The notes under the pieces are model-generated. The model saw nothing but the letters and a program-made list of their open reading frames with translations, was not told the origin of the DNA and did not search any database. The position numbers and the translations under genes were made by a program. Source: Scenedesmus sp. PABB004 (taxonomy: Eukaryota). From it: 64,000 nt of DNA. This document shows, in pieces, positions 25,766 through 38,655 of the stretch. The first letter of the stretch is position 1. Each line of letters starts with the position of its first letter. Location of the stretch: positions 124,001 to 188,000 of the forward strand of contig JABVCE010000010.1 in assembly GCA_014905635.1 (NCBI GenBank), in the 5' to 3' direction.

Positions 25766-27130
25766 TCAGAAGCCGCTCGGCCCATCCCGCACCTGCGTGT
25801 CCGCCGCCTCGGCCACGAGCGGCAGCCGCGGCGTCTGGCCCACCGCGCACGACCCCTGCGGCGCGCGGGGCACACAGCGTGTGGGCCCCCGCCGCGCCCC
25901 GCGCACCGCCGCGCCTCCGCGCGCGCCAGCGCCCCGGCCGCCGCCGCCCTGGGCGGGCGCGCCGCACCATGCCGTACGCGACGCAGACCGCGACAAAGAT
26001 GAAGATCGTGTTGCTGCTGCTCACGTACGCCGCCAGCGCCGGCCCGCCCGCCGGCGGGTGCACGACGTCGTCCAGCAGCACCTGCGGGATGCTGCGGCGG
26101 CAACGCGGCGGCCGCGGGCGGGCGGGCGCGTGAGCGCGGCACGGCGCCGCGTGGCGCGGCGCGTCAGGCCCGGCTGCCCGCCTAACCGAGCAGCGCAGCG
26201 CAGCGCAGCGCCAGGGGCGCCCACATGAGCAGGATGTCGAGCAGCACCGCCTGCATCGCGTTGACGCGCACAAACCTGCTCGCGCGGCGCGGCGCCGTCG
26301 GCGGCGGCGGGCCGTGTGCGCCGCGCGCCGCTGCGCTCTGCCCCCCCCCCCCCCCCCCCCTTGCGCTGCCGGGGGGCAGGGCTGCAGCCCCCGTTTCAAC
26401 CCCTGTGTGCGCCGCCGCACCGTGAGAGCGAGGCGTTGTTCACGATGAAGCTGTAGACGGCGAGGAAGAGGAGGAACCTGAAGTAACACACGTAACACGC
26501 GGGGCACGGGGTGGGCGGGGGCGGGAGGGCGAGCGGGGCGTCAGGAGGGCGCGCGTGGGCGCGGCGGCGCGGCGGCGGCGGCGGCGCGCGAGCCACGTGC
26601 GGCGCGCTCACGGCGCGAAAGGCACGCTGGTGTAGAGCAGCGCGAGCGGCGCGAGCGGCGCCATCGCGCGCGCGACAAAGGGGAACTGCAGGAACACGTA
26701 GCGCCCAAACGGCAGCGCGTCCAGCAGCGGCAGCAGGTACGGCAGCGCCGCGAGCGCGCGGTCGGGGGCCTCGGGGCCCGTCCTGAACTGGAACGCGGCC
26801 GCCGACACGCGGCGCCGCGCCGCCGGGCCGCCGCTCGGGCCCGCCACCGACGGCAGCGCCGGCGAGGGCGGCCGCGCGCAGAGGCCGCGCGCCAGCGGCC
26901 TGCGCGGCGGCGGCGGCAGCGGGTGCGGCGGCGAGCGCTGCATGCGCCCCCGCAGCACGCCCCCAGCTGCACCCGGCGCCGGTCAGGCCGTCGCGCCCCC
27001 CGCCGCCGCATCCGCCCGCGCACCGCTGGCCCGCCAGCTGCTGCGCGCCGCCGGCGCTGCCGGGCGCCGCGCGGCGTGCGCGCGCCGCCGCGGGCGGCGC
27101 TGCTGCGCTGACGCTGCACAGGCTCGCCAT
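25766..27130 (-). CDS. TIC20: Chloroplast inner-envelope translocon subunit, TIC20 family
   Basis: Transit-like N-terminus; DRALAALPYLLPLLDALPFG, SRFVRVNAMQAVLLDILLI and GQTPRLPLVAEAADTQV. Five GT-AG introns. Confidence 0.93.
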
Positions 27131-27761
27131 GCTAGCTGGGAGGGGGGTCGCGCCGGCGGTCCGGGCGCGGGCGGGGCGCGTGGGGTGGCCGCAAGGGGGC
27201 GTGGCCGGGCGTGCGCGGCTGTGCGCGGGCGAGGTGGCGGGCGTGCGCGGGCGTGCGTGCGTGCGGACGAGGCGCGCGCTCAGGGCGACTGCGTGTGCTG
27301 CGAGTCGGCCCCGCGCTGGCGCGTTGCGGCGGGCGCGGGGACAGCAGCGCGCGGCGGCGGCGGGGTTCAACGAACACACGCGCTGAGCTGCCCGTGGGCA
27401 CAGGGGTGGAACGAGCCTGCACTGCTCCAGGGCCCGCGCGCCGCGCCTCCGCCGCCGACGCACGCGCCGCTGCGACGCAGCGGTCCGCCGGCCGGCAGCC
27501 CGCCGCCTGCCTGCTCGCCGCGCCAGCAGCTCGCGCCGGGGTCGTGAGCTGCTGGAGAGCGGTTGCCAGGGCCCTTGGCGCGCGCCCGTGTGCCGCGCGC
27601 CTGGACTCGCGGCCGCGCAGCCTCGCGAGCCCTCGAGCTCGGGCCGGGGCTGGACGGAGCTCCGGAGAGGTTTAGGCTGCCCCCGCGCAGCACTGGCGCC
27701 AGCGGAGCCGAGGGAGCAGCAGAGCAGTAGCGGCGGGCGGGGCCGTCCGCCGCCTAGCGGC

Positions 27762-30510
27762 ATGGAGGCGCAGCTCCTCGCGGCCTGTGCGGCCTGCGCC
27801 GCCTCCTGCGCCCACCCGGCTGCGGCCCTGGCCAGCGCGCTGCTGGCGCGCCTGCAGCGCCTCGCCGCGGTCGCGGCGCGGCAGGCGGCGCAGCGGTCGC
27901 CTGCGCAGCGCGACGCGGTGCGGGCCTGCCTGGAGCGCGGGCTGGGCCTGCTGAGCCGCGTGGCGATGCTGGGGCCGATCGAGGCGTTCTTCGCCGGCGA
28001 CGAGCTGCTGGCGCACGTCCAGCGCGCCGCCGACGCGGCAGAGTCGCTCGCGGCGCGCCTCGGCCCGGCAGCAGCGCCCGGCGGCGGCGCGCCCGGGGAC
28101 GGCGGGCGCGCGGAGCGGCTGCAGCTGCCGGAGCAGCAGGCGCGGCTGGTCAAGGCGTTCCGGCACCACGTGAGCGCGCACCGGGCGCGGCGCCGCCGCG
28201 CGCGGCGGGCGCTCGCCGGCAGCGGACTGACGGCGCCCCCTCCCCATCCGCCCCACCTGCGCGCAGGCGGCGCAGCTGTGCCCGCGCCTCACCGGCTCGT
28301 GCCCGCCGGAGCTGCTGGCGGAGCTGCGCGAGCTGGTGCGTCAGGGCCTGGTGCTGGTGAACGGCCACAGCTTCCTGCTCGGCCGCGTGAGTGCGCGTTG
28401 AGCCACATAACACCCGCAGGGCTGGGCGCGCAGGCCTGGCCCCCGCAGCGCGCGGGCAGCTCGCGCGTGCGCATGCCGCCGGCCGCAGCACAGCGCCTCG
28501 GCGCCAACCGCCGACCGCCGACCGCGCCGCGCCGGCGCCGGGGCCGCAGGAGTGGGCGGCCGAGGTCGTCGCGCTGCTGGGCCGGGCGGAGCAGCTCAAG
28601 GTGGTGCTGGCGCACGCGCAGGCGCACCACCTGTCGCTCCTGGCGGACCTGCTGCAGCTGCTGCACCGCCAGGAGGTGGCGGAGTTCGAGGCGCCCTTCG
28701 GCGACGAGCCGGGGCTGCAGCGCCCCGACGCCGCGCTGCAGCCGCTGCCGCTGCCGCTGCCGCTGGGCGTGCCGGGCGGGCACGACGCGGCCGCGGCCAA
28801 GGAGCAGCTGCGGCGGCAGCTCTTCGGCGAGCCGCCCGGCGACCCCGCGGGCGCGCCCGGGCAGCCGGGCGCCGCCGGCGCGGCGCACGCGGCGTGTGCT
28901 GCTGGCCTGGGCGTCATCCCCGAGCTGGGCGGGGAGGAGGGCGATGACTTCTTCATACCTGTAAGTGCCGGGGGAGGAGGGCGGGCTGGCTGGCTGGCCT
29001 CTGGCTGCACATGCCAGGCAGCTCACTGAGGGGTGCACCGCAGCGAGGGGCGTGCCGCCCGCTTGACGCCGCCGCCGCCGCCGCCGCCGCCGCCGTCGCA
29101 CACAGGTCGCCCCGCAGCCCGGCGCGTCGCCCTGCAGCCTCAGCGGCGACACCGCAGACGGCTGCTGCCTCTCTCGCATGCCCAGCTCGGGCTGCAGCAG
29201 CCTCATAGAGTTCGTGCACCTCAGCGGGGGCGACTGCGCGCGGCCAGGCGGCGGCAGCCCAGCCCAGCAGGCCGCCTGCGCCGCGGCGCCGGCGCCGCCG
29301 CCCGCGCTGGCAGCGGCGCTGTGCCTTGCGCTGGCGGGCTGCAGCAGCAGCGGCAGCAGCGGCAGCAGCGGCAGCGGCAGCAGCAGTGGCGGCTTTGCGC
29401 GGCGCCTCTGGGGCGGCGGCCGAGCCGGGCGACAGGAGCGGCAGGCGGCGGCGGACGGGCAGCTGGATGTCGCCACGCGGCAGCTCTCTGAGCTGGTGGT
29501 GGGCAGCTCAGCGGCCTCGTCCACCGCCAGCCTGGTCAGCCGGAGCAGCTCCGCGAGCGCGCTGAGCAGCGGCAGCCCCGGCCTGCTGCGGCAGCGCCAC
29601 CGTCAGCCTCATGGCGGCAGCGGCAGCCCGCTGCTGACGGAGCAAGGCGGCGGCGGCGAGTCACAGCAGCAGCAGCAGCAGCAGCAGCTCCAGCAGGAGC
29701 AGCAGCAGCAGCTCCAGCAGGAGCAGCAGCAGCAGCTGCAGCTGCAGCAGCCGCAGCAGCAGCAGCAGCTGGCTGGCAGCCCAGGCCGCCGGCCCGGCAG
29801 CGGCGGCCGCGCGCGCCGGCGCGCGGCGTGCACGCTCGAGCTCGCGCACACGCCGCTGCCGCCGGGGAGCTGCCGCACGGTCGGGGCGGTGCTGGGCGCC
29901 TGCCCCCACATCACCCGCTGCGCGCTCGTGGCCGCCGGCCTGGGCGACCGCGACGTCGCCGACCTCGCCGCCGCGCTGTCGCGCAACACCAGCGTGGTGC
30001 TGCTGGACCTCTCGCACAACGACGTAGGCGACATCGGCGCCCGCCTGCTCGCGCGCCTGCTGCGCAGCGGCGGCGGAGGCAGCGGCAGCGCCGCGCCGCG
30101 CCTGCGCGCGCTCGGCCTGCAGCACAACGCCATCGGTGCGTCGCGCCGCCGCGCGCCCGCCGTCGCCGCCCCCTGGCTGCCGGCACTCGACCCCGCTCAC
30201 GCGCCGCTGCTGCCCCGCAGGCGACGACGGCGCCGCCGCGCTGGCGGCCGCGCTGCCCGGGAACGCCTCGCTGCGGCGACTGTGGCTGCAGCACAACGCG
30301 ATCGGCGCGCCCGGCGCGCGCGCGCTGGCGGTGGCCATGCGGCGCAACCGCTCGGTCACGTCGCTGGGCCTCTGTGCGGGCAATCCCGGCGTGCCGCACG
30401 AGCTCGGCGTGGCGGCGGAGCAGCTCGCCCGGCACAACCGCGGCCTGCGCGAGCGCCTGCGCGCCCTGCTGGCCGCCGTGGTGCGGCGGCCGGAGCCCTC
30501 GGGCGTGTGA
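27762..30510 (+). CDS. Protein with N-terminal helical-bundle domain and C-terminal ribonuclease-inhibitor-type LRRs
   Basis: LRRs: LGDRDVADLAAALSRNTSVVLLDLSHNDVGDIGA, LRALGLQHNAIGDDGAAALAAAL, NASLRRLWLQHNAIGAPGA. Four GT-AG introns; Ser- and Gln-rich linker. Confidence 0.8.
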
Positions 30511-30754
30511 GCTCATGGTCGTGATGTTGCTGGCAGTCGGCCAGTCTTTGCCTTCCCCCCGGGTTGCTGATTGTTTCCCCGGCTGGACCCGCCGGCGGCG
30601 GCAGTAACTCCGCGGCGCGCGGCTCTCCACTCGGCGCGCCAGCGAGCCTGGCCGACGGCCCGGTGATAGCGCGTAGCGTGAATCACTCACTAGAGGTGCT
30701 AGCGGCATCCGCCAAGCAGGGGCGCGGCCGCCTCGGACACTGGCGGGCTCCGCG

Positions 30755-30927
30755 ATGCGGGCCGGGCACTCGGCGCCCGGCCCGCGCCTGGCGGGCCTGG
30801 CGGCGCTGGTGGTCGCGACACTGCTTGTAAACAGCGCGAGCTGCCAGCCGGGTGCGCGCGGCGGCCTGGCGGTTTCCCGGATGAGCAGCAGCAGCGCGGC
30901 GGCCGCGCCCCTGCCGGCCCAGCTCAC

Positions 30928-30960
<33 letters not shown>

Positions 30961-33900
30961 CAGCTTCCGAGCCGCCGGGCGAGGTCGCCGGCGATGGCGG
31001 CCCGGCCGTGCCGCTGTGGCGCGACGCGGCGCGGCCGCTGGGCGAGCGCGTGGCGGACCTGGTCGCCTCGCTGACGCTCGAGGAGAAGCTCGGGCTCATG
31101 GCCAACGGCCAGGCCGCCGTGGAGCGGCTGGGAATACCGCCCTACCAGTTCTGGACGGGTGCGCGCTGCAGCGGGGGCGGGGGGCGCGGGCGGGCGGCGG
31201 GCGGCCGCCGAGCGCGCCCCGCCGCGCCGCCGCGTTCGCAGAGTGCCTGCACGGCCACCAGGAGCAGTACGGCGGCGCGCTGCCGACGATCTTCCCGCAG
31301 CCGCTGCTGCTGGCGTCCACGTTTGATGAGGGCCTCGCGCACCAGGTCTTCACGGCCATCAGCGACGAGCTGCGCGCCAAGGACAACGCCGAGTTCGCAA
31401 AGACGGGCATCCGCAAGTGAGCCCCTCCCCGGCGCGCAGCGCCGCGCCCGGCCCGGCGCCGCGGCGGCCGCGCGCATGCTGCGCAGCGCGGCGCCCGCCC
31501 GGCGCCCGCGCGCCACGCTGTGCGCGCTGCGTGCGCTGCGCGCGCGCCGCCGCCAGGAACCTCATATGCTGGACGCCGCACATCAACATCTTCCGCGACC
31601 CCCGCTGGGGCCGCGGCAGCGAGACGCTGGGCGAGGACCCGCTGCTCACGGCGGCGATGGGCACCCGCATCGTGCAGGGCCTGCAGGGCGCCGACGCGAC
31701 GTACAAGAAGGTGCGCTGCGACACCGCGCGCCCCGCGCCGCGCTGCAGTGACGCCCACGCCGCTTGGCAGGCCCCGCGCGGGGCCGGCCCCCGGCCCGCT
31801 GGTCACGCTGCCGCCGCCGTCGCCGCTGCCGCCCGCGCACAGGTGATCGCGACGTGCAAGCACTTCCTGGGGTACAGCCTGGAGGGCGCGGAGGGCGTGA
31901 GCCGCTACTCGCACAACATCAACATCTCGCCCCAGGACATGACCGACACCGAGCTGCCGCCCTTCCGCGCCTGCGTGCAGGCGCGGCCGCGCCGCCGCGC
32001 GCGCCGCGCGGCTCTTAAGCGTTTCCCGCCTGCCTCTGGCTCTGCCTCGCACGCGCGCGCGCGGCCGCGGCGTCCCGCCTCACGCCGCGCCGCCGCACGC
32101 ACGCACCGCCCCCCACGCCGCGCAGGGCGCGGGCGGGCAGGGCATAATGTGCGCGTACAACGCGGTCAACGGCACGCCCTCCTGCGCGAGCGGCGACCTG
32201 CTCAACGGCCTGCTGCGCCGGGACCTGGGGTTTACCGGCTACGTCGTGTCCGACTGCAACGCCGTTGCGGCGCTGCGCTGGGGCCACCGCACCGCCGGCA
32301 GCCTCGCTCAGGCCTCGGCCGACGCGATCAAGGCCGGCGTGGACCTCTTCTGCGACCGTACCGATGAGGCGAGGCCCGGCGCGCGCACGGCCGCCGCGGG
32401 GGCGCGCGCCACTGAGGCCGCCGCCTCCAGCCCGCCCACCGCCGCCGCTCACGCCGCCGCTCACGCGGCCACCGCGCGCCGCAGATTGACGCCGCGCTGG
32501 CGGCGGGGCTGGTCAGCGAGGCGGACATTGACACCGCGGTCAACCGCACGCTGGCCATGCGCTTCCTGACCGGCCAGTTCGACCCGCCGTCCGGGAACCC
32601 CTGGGGCGCGCTGACGACGGGCGCGGTCGTCAACGGCAACGCCAGCCGCGCGCTCGCGCGCGCCGTCGTGCAGAAGGGTGCGCGCCGCCGCGCCCGCGCG
32701 GCCCGGCCTTGGGGCCCGCCCCAGCCGCCGCTACGCGGCGCTCACCGCCATCACGTGAATCACACGCGCCGCGCACCCCTCCCCCTGCAGGCGCGGTGCT
32801 GCTGAAGAACGACCCGCCGCCCGGCCGCGACGCGCCGCTGCTGCCGCTCGACCCCGCGGCCCTGACCAAGCTCTGCGTGCTCGGCCCGCTGTCCGACAGC
32901 GCGGAGCACATGATGGGCAACTATTACGGCAAGTTTGACGCCGCCGCCGTCGCGACGCCGCTGGCCGGCATCAAGGAGGCGCTCGGTGCGGGGGGCCGGG
33001 GTGTCGGGCGGCGGCGGCGCGCGGGCGGCGGGGCGCGCGCGGCGCGCGGCGCGGCACAGCACGGCCGGCCTCGACTGACGCGTGCGCGCGTGCGCGCGTG
33101 CGTGCTTGTTCGTCCCGCAGCTGGGCGCGGCGTGTCGGTGTCTCACGCGTATGGCATGGACCTGGTCGGCCGCATCCACTACGACTGGCCGCTCGAGGAC
33201 GCGCTGCAGGTGGGCGGGCGTGGCGGGCGGGGGCGCGGTGTGTGACTGTGTGGGCGTGTGAAGCGTGCGTGAGCGTGGTGGGAGCAGGGCGCCGTCACCT
33301 TGACCGCCGCGCGCGCGCGCCCGCCCTGTCTGCCGCGTGCTGCGCAGGCGTGCGAGGGCGCCGACGCGGCGGTGGTGGTGGTTGGGAGCAGCATGATCGA
33401 GAACGAGGTGGACGCCGGCACCGGGGGCTTCCGCCCCGCGACCGAGGGCGAGGGCCTCGACCGCACCACCCTCGACCTGCCCGGCCGGCAGGCAGACCTC
33501 ATCAAGGTGCCCAGACAGGGCGGCAGCGCGGGAGGCCGGGGAGGGGCCGGCGCAGCACGCGCAGGCGGGAGCGGCGGGGCGGCGCCGGGCCGGGCGCGGG
33601 CTGACGCCAGCGCGCGCGCGCCCGCCGCAGGCGCTCGCGCTCCGCGCGCCCGGGCTGCCGATGGCGGTGGTGCTCATGCACGGCGGCGGCCTGGACGTGG
33701 GGTGGATGGCGGCGATACCCCAGGTCGCCTCCATGCTGGCCCTCGCCTTCCCCGGCCAGGTGCGGCCCGCGCACGCGCCCGCCCGTGCCGCGCCCGCCGC
33801 GCCCGCCCGCGCCGCACCCGCCCGTGCTGCGCCCGCCGCGCCACGTGGCGGCCCGCCCGCCGCGGCCCGCGCCTCACCCGCCCGCGCCCCCGCAGGAGGG

Positions 33901-34874
33901 CGGGCGCGGGCTCGCGGACGTGCTGTTTGGCGCGGTCAACCCCTCGGGCCGGCTGCCCATCACCTGGTACCGCAACAACTACACCGCCGCGCTCTCGCCG
34001 CTGCAGCTCGGCATGCGCCCCGACGCCGCCAAGGGCCACCCGGGGCGCAGCTACAGGCGCGCGCGGCGGCGCTCGGCGCGCGGCGCGCGGCGCGCGGCGC
34101 GCGGCGCTCAGCGCTCAGCGCTCAGCGTGCGGCGCTCGGCGCTCAGCGCGTCTTTGTCGCCGCAGGTTTCTGGCCGAGCCGTCGTACGTGCTGTATCCGT
34201 TTGGCTATGGCCTCTCCTACACGACCTGGGCGTACAGCCGCCTCGCGCTGGTGCCCGCGGGCGAGGACGGCTGCGCGGCGCCGCGAGCGGACGCCGGCGG
34301 CCCCGCGTACTGCCTGCGCGTGACAGTGACAAACACCGGCCCCGCCACGGGGGAGCACGTGGCCCCGTTGTACCTCGCCCACGCGGGCGCGCGGGTGCGC
34401 GCGTGGCGGGGCGCCGGGGGTGGGCGCCGCGGGCCGCGGCTGCGGGCGGCGAGCCGTGCGGCGCCGGCGCTCGCCGGCCGCCGCGCTGACCGCGCCGCGC
34501 TGACCGCGCCGCGCACGCCGACTGCGCCGCAGGGCACGCGGGGGTACCCGCTGCAGTCGCTGCGCGCCTTCAAGCGCACGCGCACGCTCGCGCCGGGCGA
34601 GAGCGAGGCGCTGGAGATGCGGCTGGGGCTGGCCGACTTCAGCCTGCCGCGCCCCTCGGACGGCGCCGCCGCGGTGCACCTGGGCCCCTGGACCTTCAGC
34701 ATCGGCACCTGGGACAGTGGCAGCGGCAGCGGCGCCAGCGCCGCCAGCGCGGGCGCGGGCGCGCGGGGCGCCGGCGCGCGCGCGGGGCGCGTGCCGCACG
34801 CGTCTCTGACCGCCGACGTGGGCCTGCGCGGGAGGCGCCGGCCCGCCGCGCGGCCGCCCAGCGGCCGGCCGTGA
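30755..34874 (+). CDS. GH3 beta-xylosidase/alpha-arabinofuranosidase (BXL-like), secreted
   Basis: LTLEEK, WTECLHG, WTPHINIFRDPRWGRGSETLGEDP, TCKHF, MCAYNAVNGTPSC, nucleophile YVVSDC, EGEGLDR, PSGRLPITWY, YPFGYGLSYT and an Fn3-like C-terminus. About 13 introns, 3 of them GC-AG. Confidence 0.96.
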
Positions 34875-35865
34875 GCAGCGATGGCCCAACCCAACCCTAT
34901 CGCAGCAGCCGGGGCTTGGAGCAGCGCGCGGGCGGGCCGGGGCAGCTCGACGGATTCAAGCCGCGCCATTCATTGGTTGAACTAGCAACTCAACTTTAGA
35001 GCCAGGCCTGAGCGGGCACGGGCGGCGGCGGCGCGTGCCGCGGGCGCGCGCGCGCGCGCCCGTTGCCCGCGCGCGGGCAACGCGCCGCGCCGTGCAGGGT
35101 TACACGAGCAGGGGCGCGTGCTGGTCGAGCAGATGCGTTGCAGCCTGCAGGGGGTGCTCTGGTCAAAGGGGCGCGCCCCGGGGCGGCCACGCGGGCAGCC
35201 TGGGGCCGCGCACGCGTGCCGGCGTGTGTTGACGGCGCTTCTCTGTACACACAGCGGGCGCGTGCAGCGTCGGGCAGCGGGTGTCGCGGCGACGACATCG
35301 ACGGATGGGGACCGCGCGCGCGGGCGCAGCGGGCGGCCGCCGCCCAAGGCGGGCAGGCGGCGGCGCCGCGCGCGCAAGTGCGCGCGCGCAAGAGAGAGGG
35401 CCCTGGCCGGCCGCGGCGCGCGCGCCCGCGGGCCAGCGGGCGTCAGCCCCAATACGGCGAGCTCCATGGGCCGGCCGCGCCGCGCCGCCGTCAACGACAC
35501 AACAAATGAAACACCACGGGACGCGCGCGAGTGCCGCGGGCAGCTGCCTGTCGTTGCTCCCCCTCCCCTCCCTTCTTCGCCCCGCGCCGGCTGTGCAGGC
35601 TGGCGGCGCGGCTGCTGCCAGGCGGGAATGCCTGGAGGTGCCGCCGCGGCCGGCCTGGTGCAGCCGTGCTGGGCGCGGCGCGCGGCCGAGGCGGGGCCTG
35701 GCGGGCCCGCGCGGCGCACGCCCCCCCCCCCCCCCGCGCCGCCCACACAAACGAACGAACAAACACGACTCGCAGCGAGCGCTACCCACTAGCAGCGACA
35801 CCACAGAGAGAGACACACCACCGCACACCACCTTGGCGCGCCGCTCCGGGGCGGGCGGGCGCCGC

Positions 35866-38106
35866 TCACGCCTCGGACTCGGCCGCCGCGCGGCCGCGCT
35901 GCCGCCGCGCCGCGCCGCCGCCGCTGCCGCCGCGCGCACGGCGCTTGCCCGCCGCCGCGCCCGCGGCGGCGGCGGCGCCGTCGTGTCCGTCCTCGCCCTC
36001 TTCGCCCGCGCCGGCGCCGCCGCCGCGCTGCTGCCCCGGGCCGTCATCGTCGTCGTCGCTGCTGCTGCTGCTCGCGTTGCGCGCCATCAGCTGCAGCGTC
36101 GTGCGCCGCCGGCGCTGCCGCGTCGACGCGCCCGCGCCGCCGAGGCCGCCGCTGCGGTTGCGCCAGTCCATGCTGCCCCGGATCGCGGCCTCGAGCTTGT
36201 TGTAGCTGTCCTCAAAGCCCCGGAACGCGCCCGCCACAAACTTGTCCATGTGCACCGTGAGCTGCTCCGCCGCCGCGCCGACCTCCTTGCCGTACTCGCC
36301 GCGCATGATCTGCGGCGTATGCCGCGCGGGCCCACGGCCACGCGTGAGCGGCGCGGGGGCGGCCGGAGGACGGGGACGGCCGCAGCGCGGCGGCGGGCGC
36401 GCGGCGCCCCCAACGCGGTGCTCCACGGCGCCGCGTGCACTGCGCCGCGTGCACTGTGCCACCCCCCCCCCCCCCCCCCCGCGGCCGCACCTTGTCCACC
36501 ACCTGCTCCACGCTCGTCGCGAGCTCCTCGCCGTTGCGGCGGATGAGGTCGGCCAGCTCGCGCCGCGACCCGCCGGCGCCGCCGCCGCTGCTGCTCGGCC
36601 GCCCGCCCTCGCCGCCGCTGCTGCTGCCGCCGCCGGCCTCCGCCGCCGCCGCGACGGTGCCGCCGCCGCCGCCGCTGCTGCCGCCGCCGCCGCTGCTGCG
36701 GCCGGGCTTGATGCCGATGCGCTTGGTGATGCGGTCGGCGACCTTGAGCCGCTGCTCGGTGATGCGCGCGCCGAGCTTCTTGATGTTGTGGCTCGCCCGG
36801 ATGCGCTGCTCCTGCGCGGCCCCGGGCGCGGGCGCGCGCGCGGGCGGTGGGCCGCCGCTGCCGCCGCGCCTGCCACGCCTGCCGCGCCTGCCGCGCCCGC
36901 CACGCCCGCTGCGCCTGCGCTGCCGCCGCGCCTGCCGCTGCTGCCGCGCCTGCCGCTGCTGCTGCCCCGCGCCCGCCCCGCCCCGCCGCCCCGCGCCGCC
37001 CCGGCCGCGCCTTGAAGAGGCTGACGCCGAGGTCCTGCCGCGAGTAGCCGCGCGAGAGGTTGCGCAGCACGTACTCGTTGTAGTCCTTGAGGATGCGCAG
37101 GATGAGGTCGCTCGTCGACACGCCCTCCGTGCGCTGCGTGGCCTTGAACTTGCCCAGCGCCTTGACCTGCGCGACGCGGCGCCGCGCCGGGCCGCGCCAG
37201 CGCAGCGTCGGCGCGCGCCGCGCCGGCGCGCCGCCGCGTGCCCCGGCGCGCCGCCGCGGGTCCGCCGCACACGCCGCGGCGCGCCCGCCCGGCCGCGGCG
37301 CCGCACCGGCCCGTAGACGTCGTCGGCCTGGCCGCTGTTGTCGGCGTAGGGCAGGTCGTCGTGGGCGACGTAGTCGATGCCGTGCGCGTCGATAAAGTCG
37401 CCGGTGATCACCCACGGCGCGTCCTTGAGCACCTCGTCCACCCACCTGGGGGCCGCGGCGCCCGGGGTTGAGGCGCCGTCGGACACGGCTGCAGGGCGGC
37501 GCGGCCGGCACCCCGCAGCGGTGCGCTGTGTGCAGCTGCGCGGCGCGGCCGCGCCGCGGCGCGCCGCACTTGCAGTGGCGCACGCTCTCGTAGCGCTCGT
37601 CCTCGGTCATCACCGTCTTGCCCTTGTAGCGGTGCGTCACGGCGTCGCTGCAGACGCCGACGATGAGGTAGGTGTTGGGGAACCTGCCGCGGGCGGCGCG
37701 CGGCGCGCCGCGTCGGCCGGGCGCCGCTGCTGCGCGTGCGCGCCGCGCCGCCGCGCAGTGCGAAGCACTGTCCCCGTGGGGCGCCCGATCGGGCGGCCGA
37801 CCCCTGCGCGCCGCTCCCGGCCCCCCGCTCACAGCAGCTTGGCCTGCTCCAGCGCGCGGGCGTGGCCAAAGTGAAACATGTCGAAAATGCCTGCGCACGC
37901 GCGCCGCGGGCCGTCAGCGCGGCCCCGCGACCGCCGGGGCGGTCGCCCGCCGCCCTCCGCGCCCGCGGGACCGCACCGTCGGCGTAGACGCGCACGGGGC
38001 GCGCCGCAGCATCGGCCGGCGCCGCGGGTGCGGCCGTTGGCGACGCCCCCGGCGCCGGCTCGGGCTTGGCGCCGCGCCCGCCGCCCGAGCCCGCCTTCTT
38101 GCCCAT
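35866..38106 (-). CDS. CCT: CTP:phosphocholine cytidylyltransferase
   Basis: [52 protein letters not shown] and [40 protein letters not shown]. Single catalytic domain; 6 introns. TGTAA on the - strand at 35100-35104. Confidence 0.95.
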
Positions 38107-38655
38107 CCCGCCGGGCCGCTCGGACGCTGACGCCGAGGTGCGTGTGTTGCGCGCAGCGCGGCGTGCGGTGTGCAGGCGCGCGCGGTGGATCGTGCGCAGC
38201 GCGCACGCGCGAGCGGCGAAGCGGGGTGCGCGGCGAGGCAGGGCGCTGGACCGCGGCGCCTGGACCGCGCAGCAGCAGGCGCCGAAACCCCGCGCCCTGG
38301 CGCTCGGTGCCAGCGCTCTGAGTGCCCGTCGCCCCTCGACGACCGAAACAGGCCCGGCGCAGCCCCCACGCCGCCGCCGCCGCGGAGCAAAGCGATTACT
38401 CGCCGTGAGCGCGCCAGCGCGGGCCAGCGGGGGCCCCTGCGACCGCCAGCCCGTCGAGGGCGATCCTCCGCGCCTGGCGCGCCGCGCCGCGCGTCAGGGC
38501 GGGCCCTAGCAGCGCCGCGGCCGCGCACGGACGGCGGCGCGCCGCTGCTGCCGGCGGCAGCGGCGCGCGGCGCGGCCGTCGTTCAGCGCCCCACCGGCGC
38601 CAGCGCGGCCAGCGGAGCCAGCGCTTCGCCGCAGGCGCTGCCCCTCGCGCGCGCC

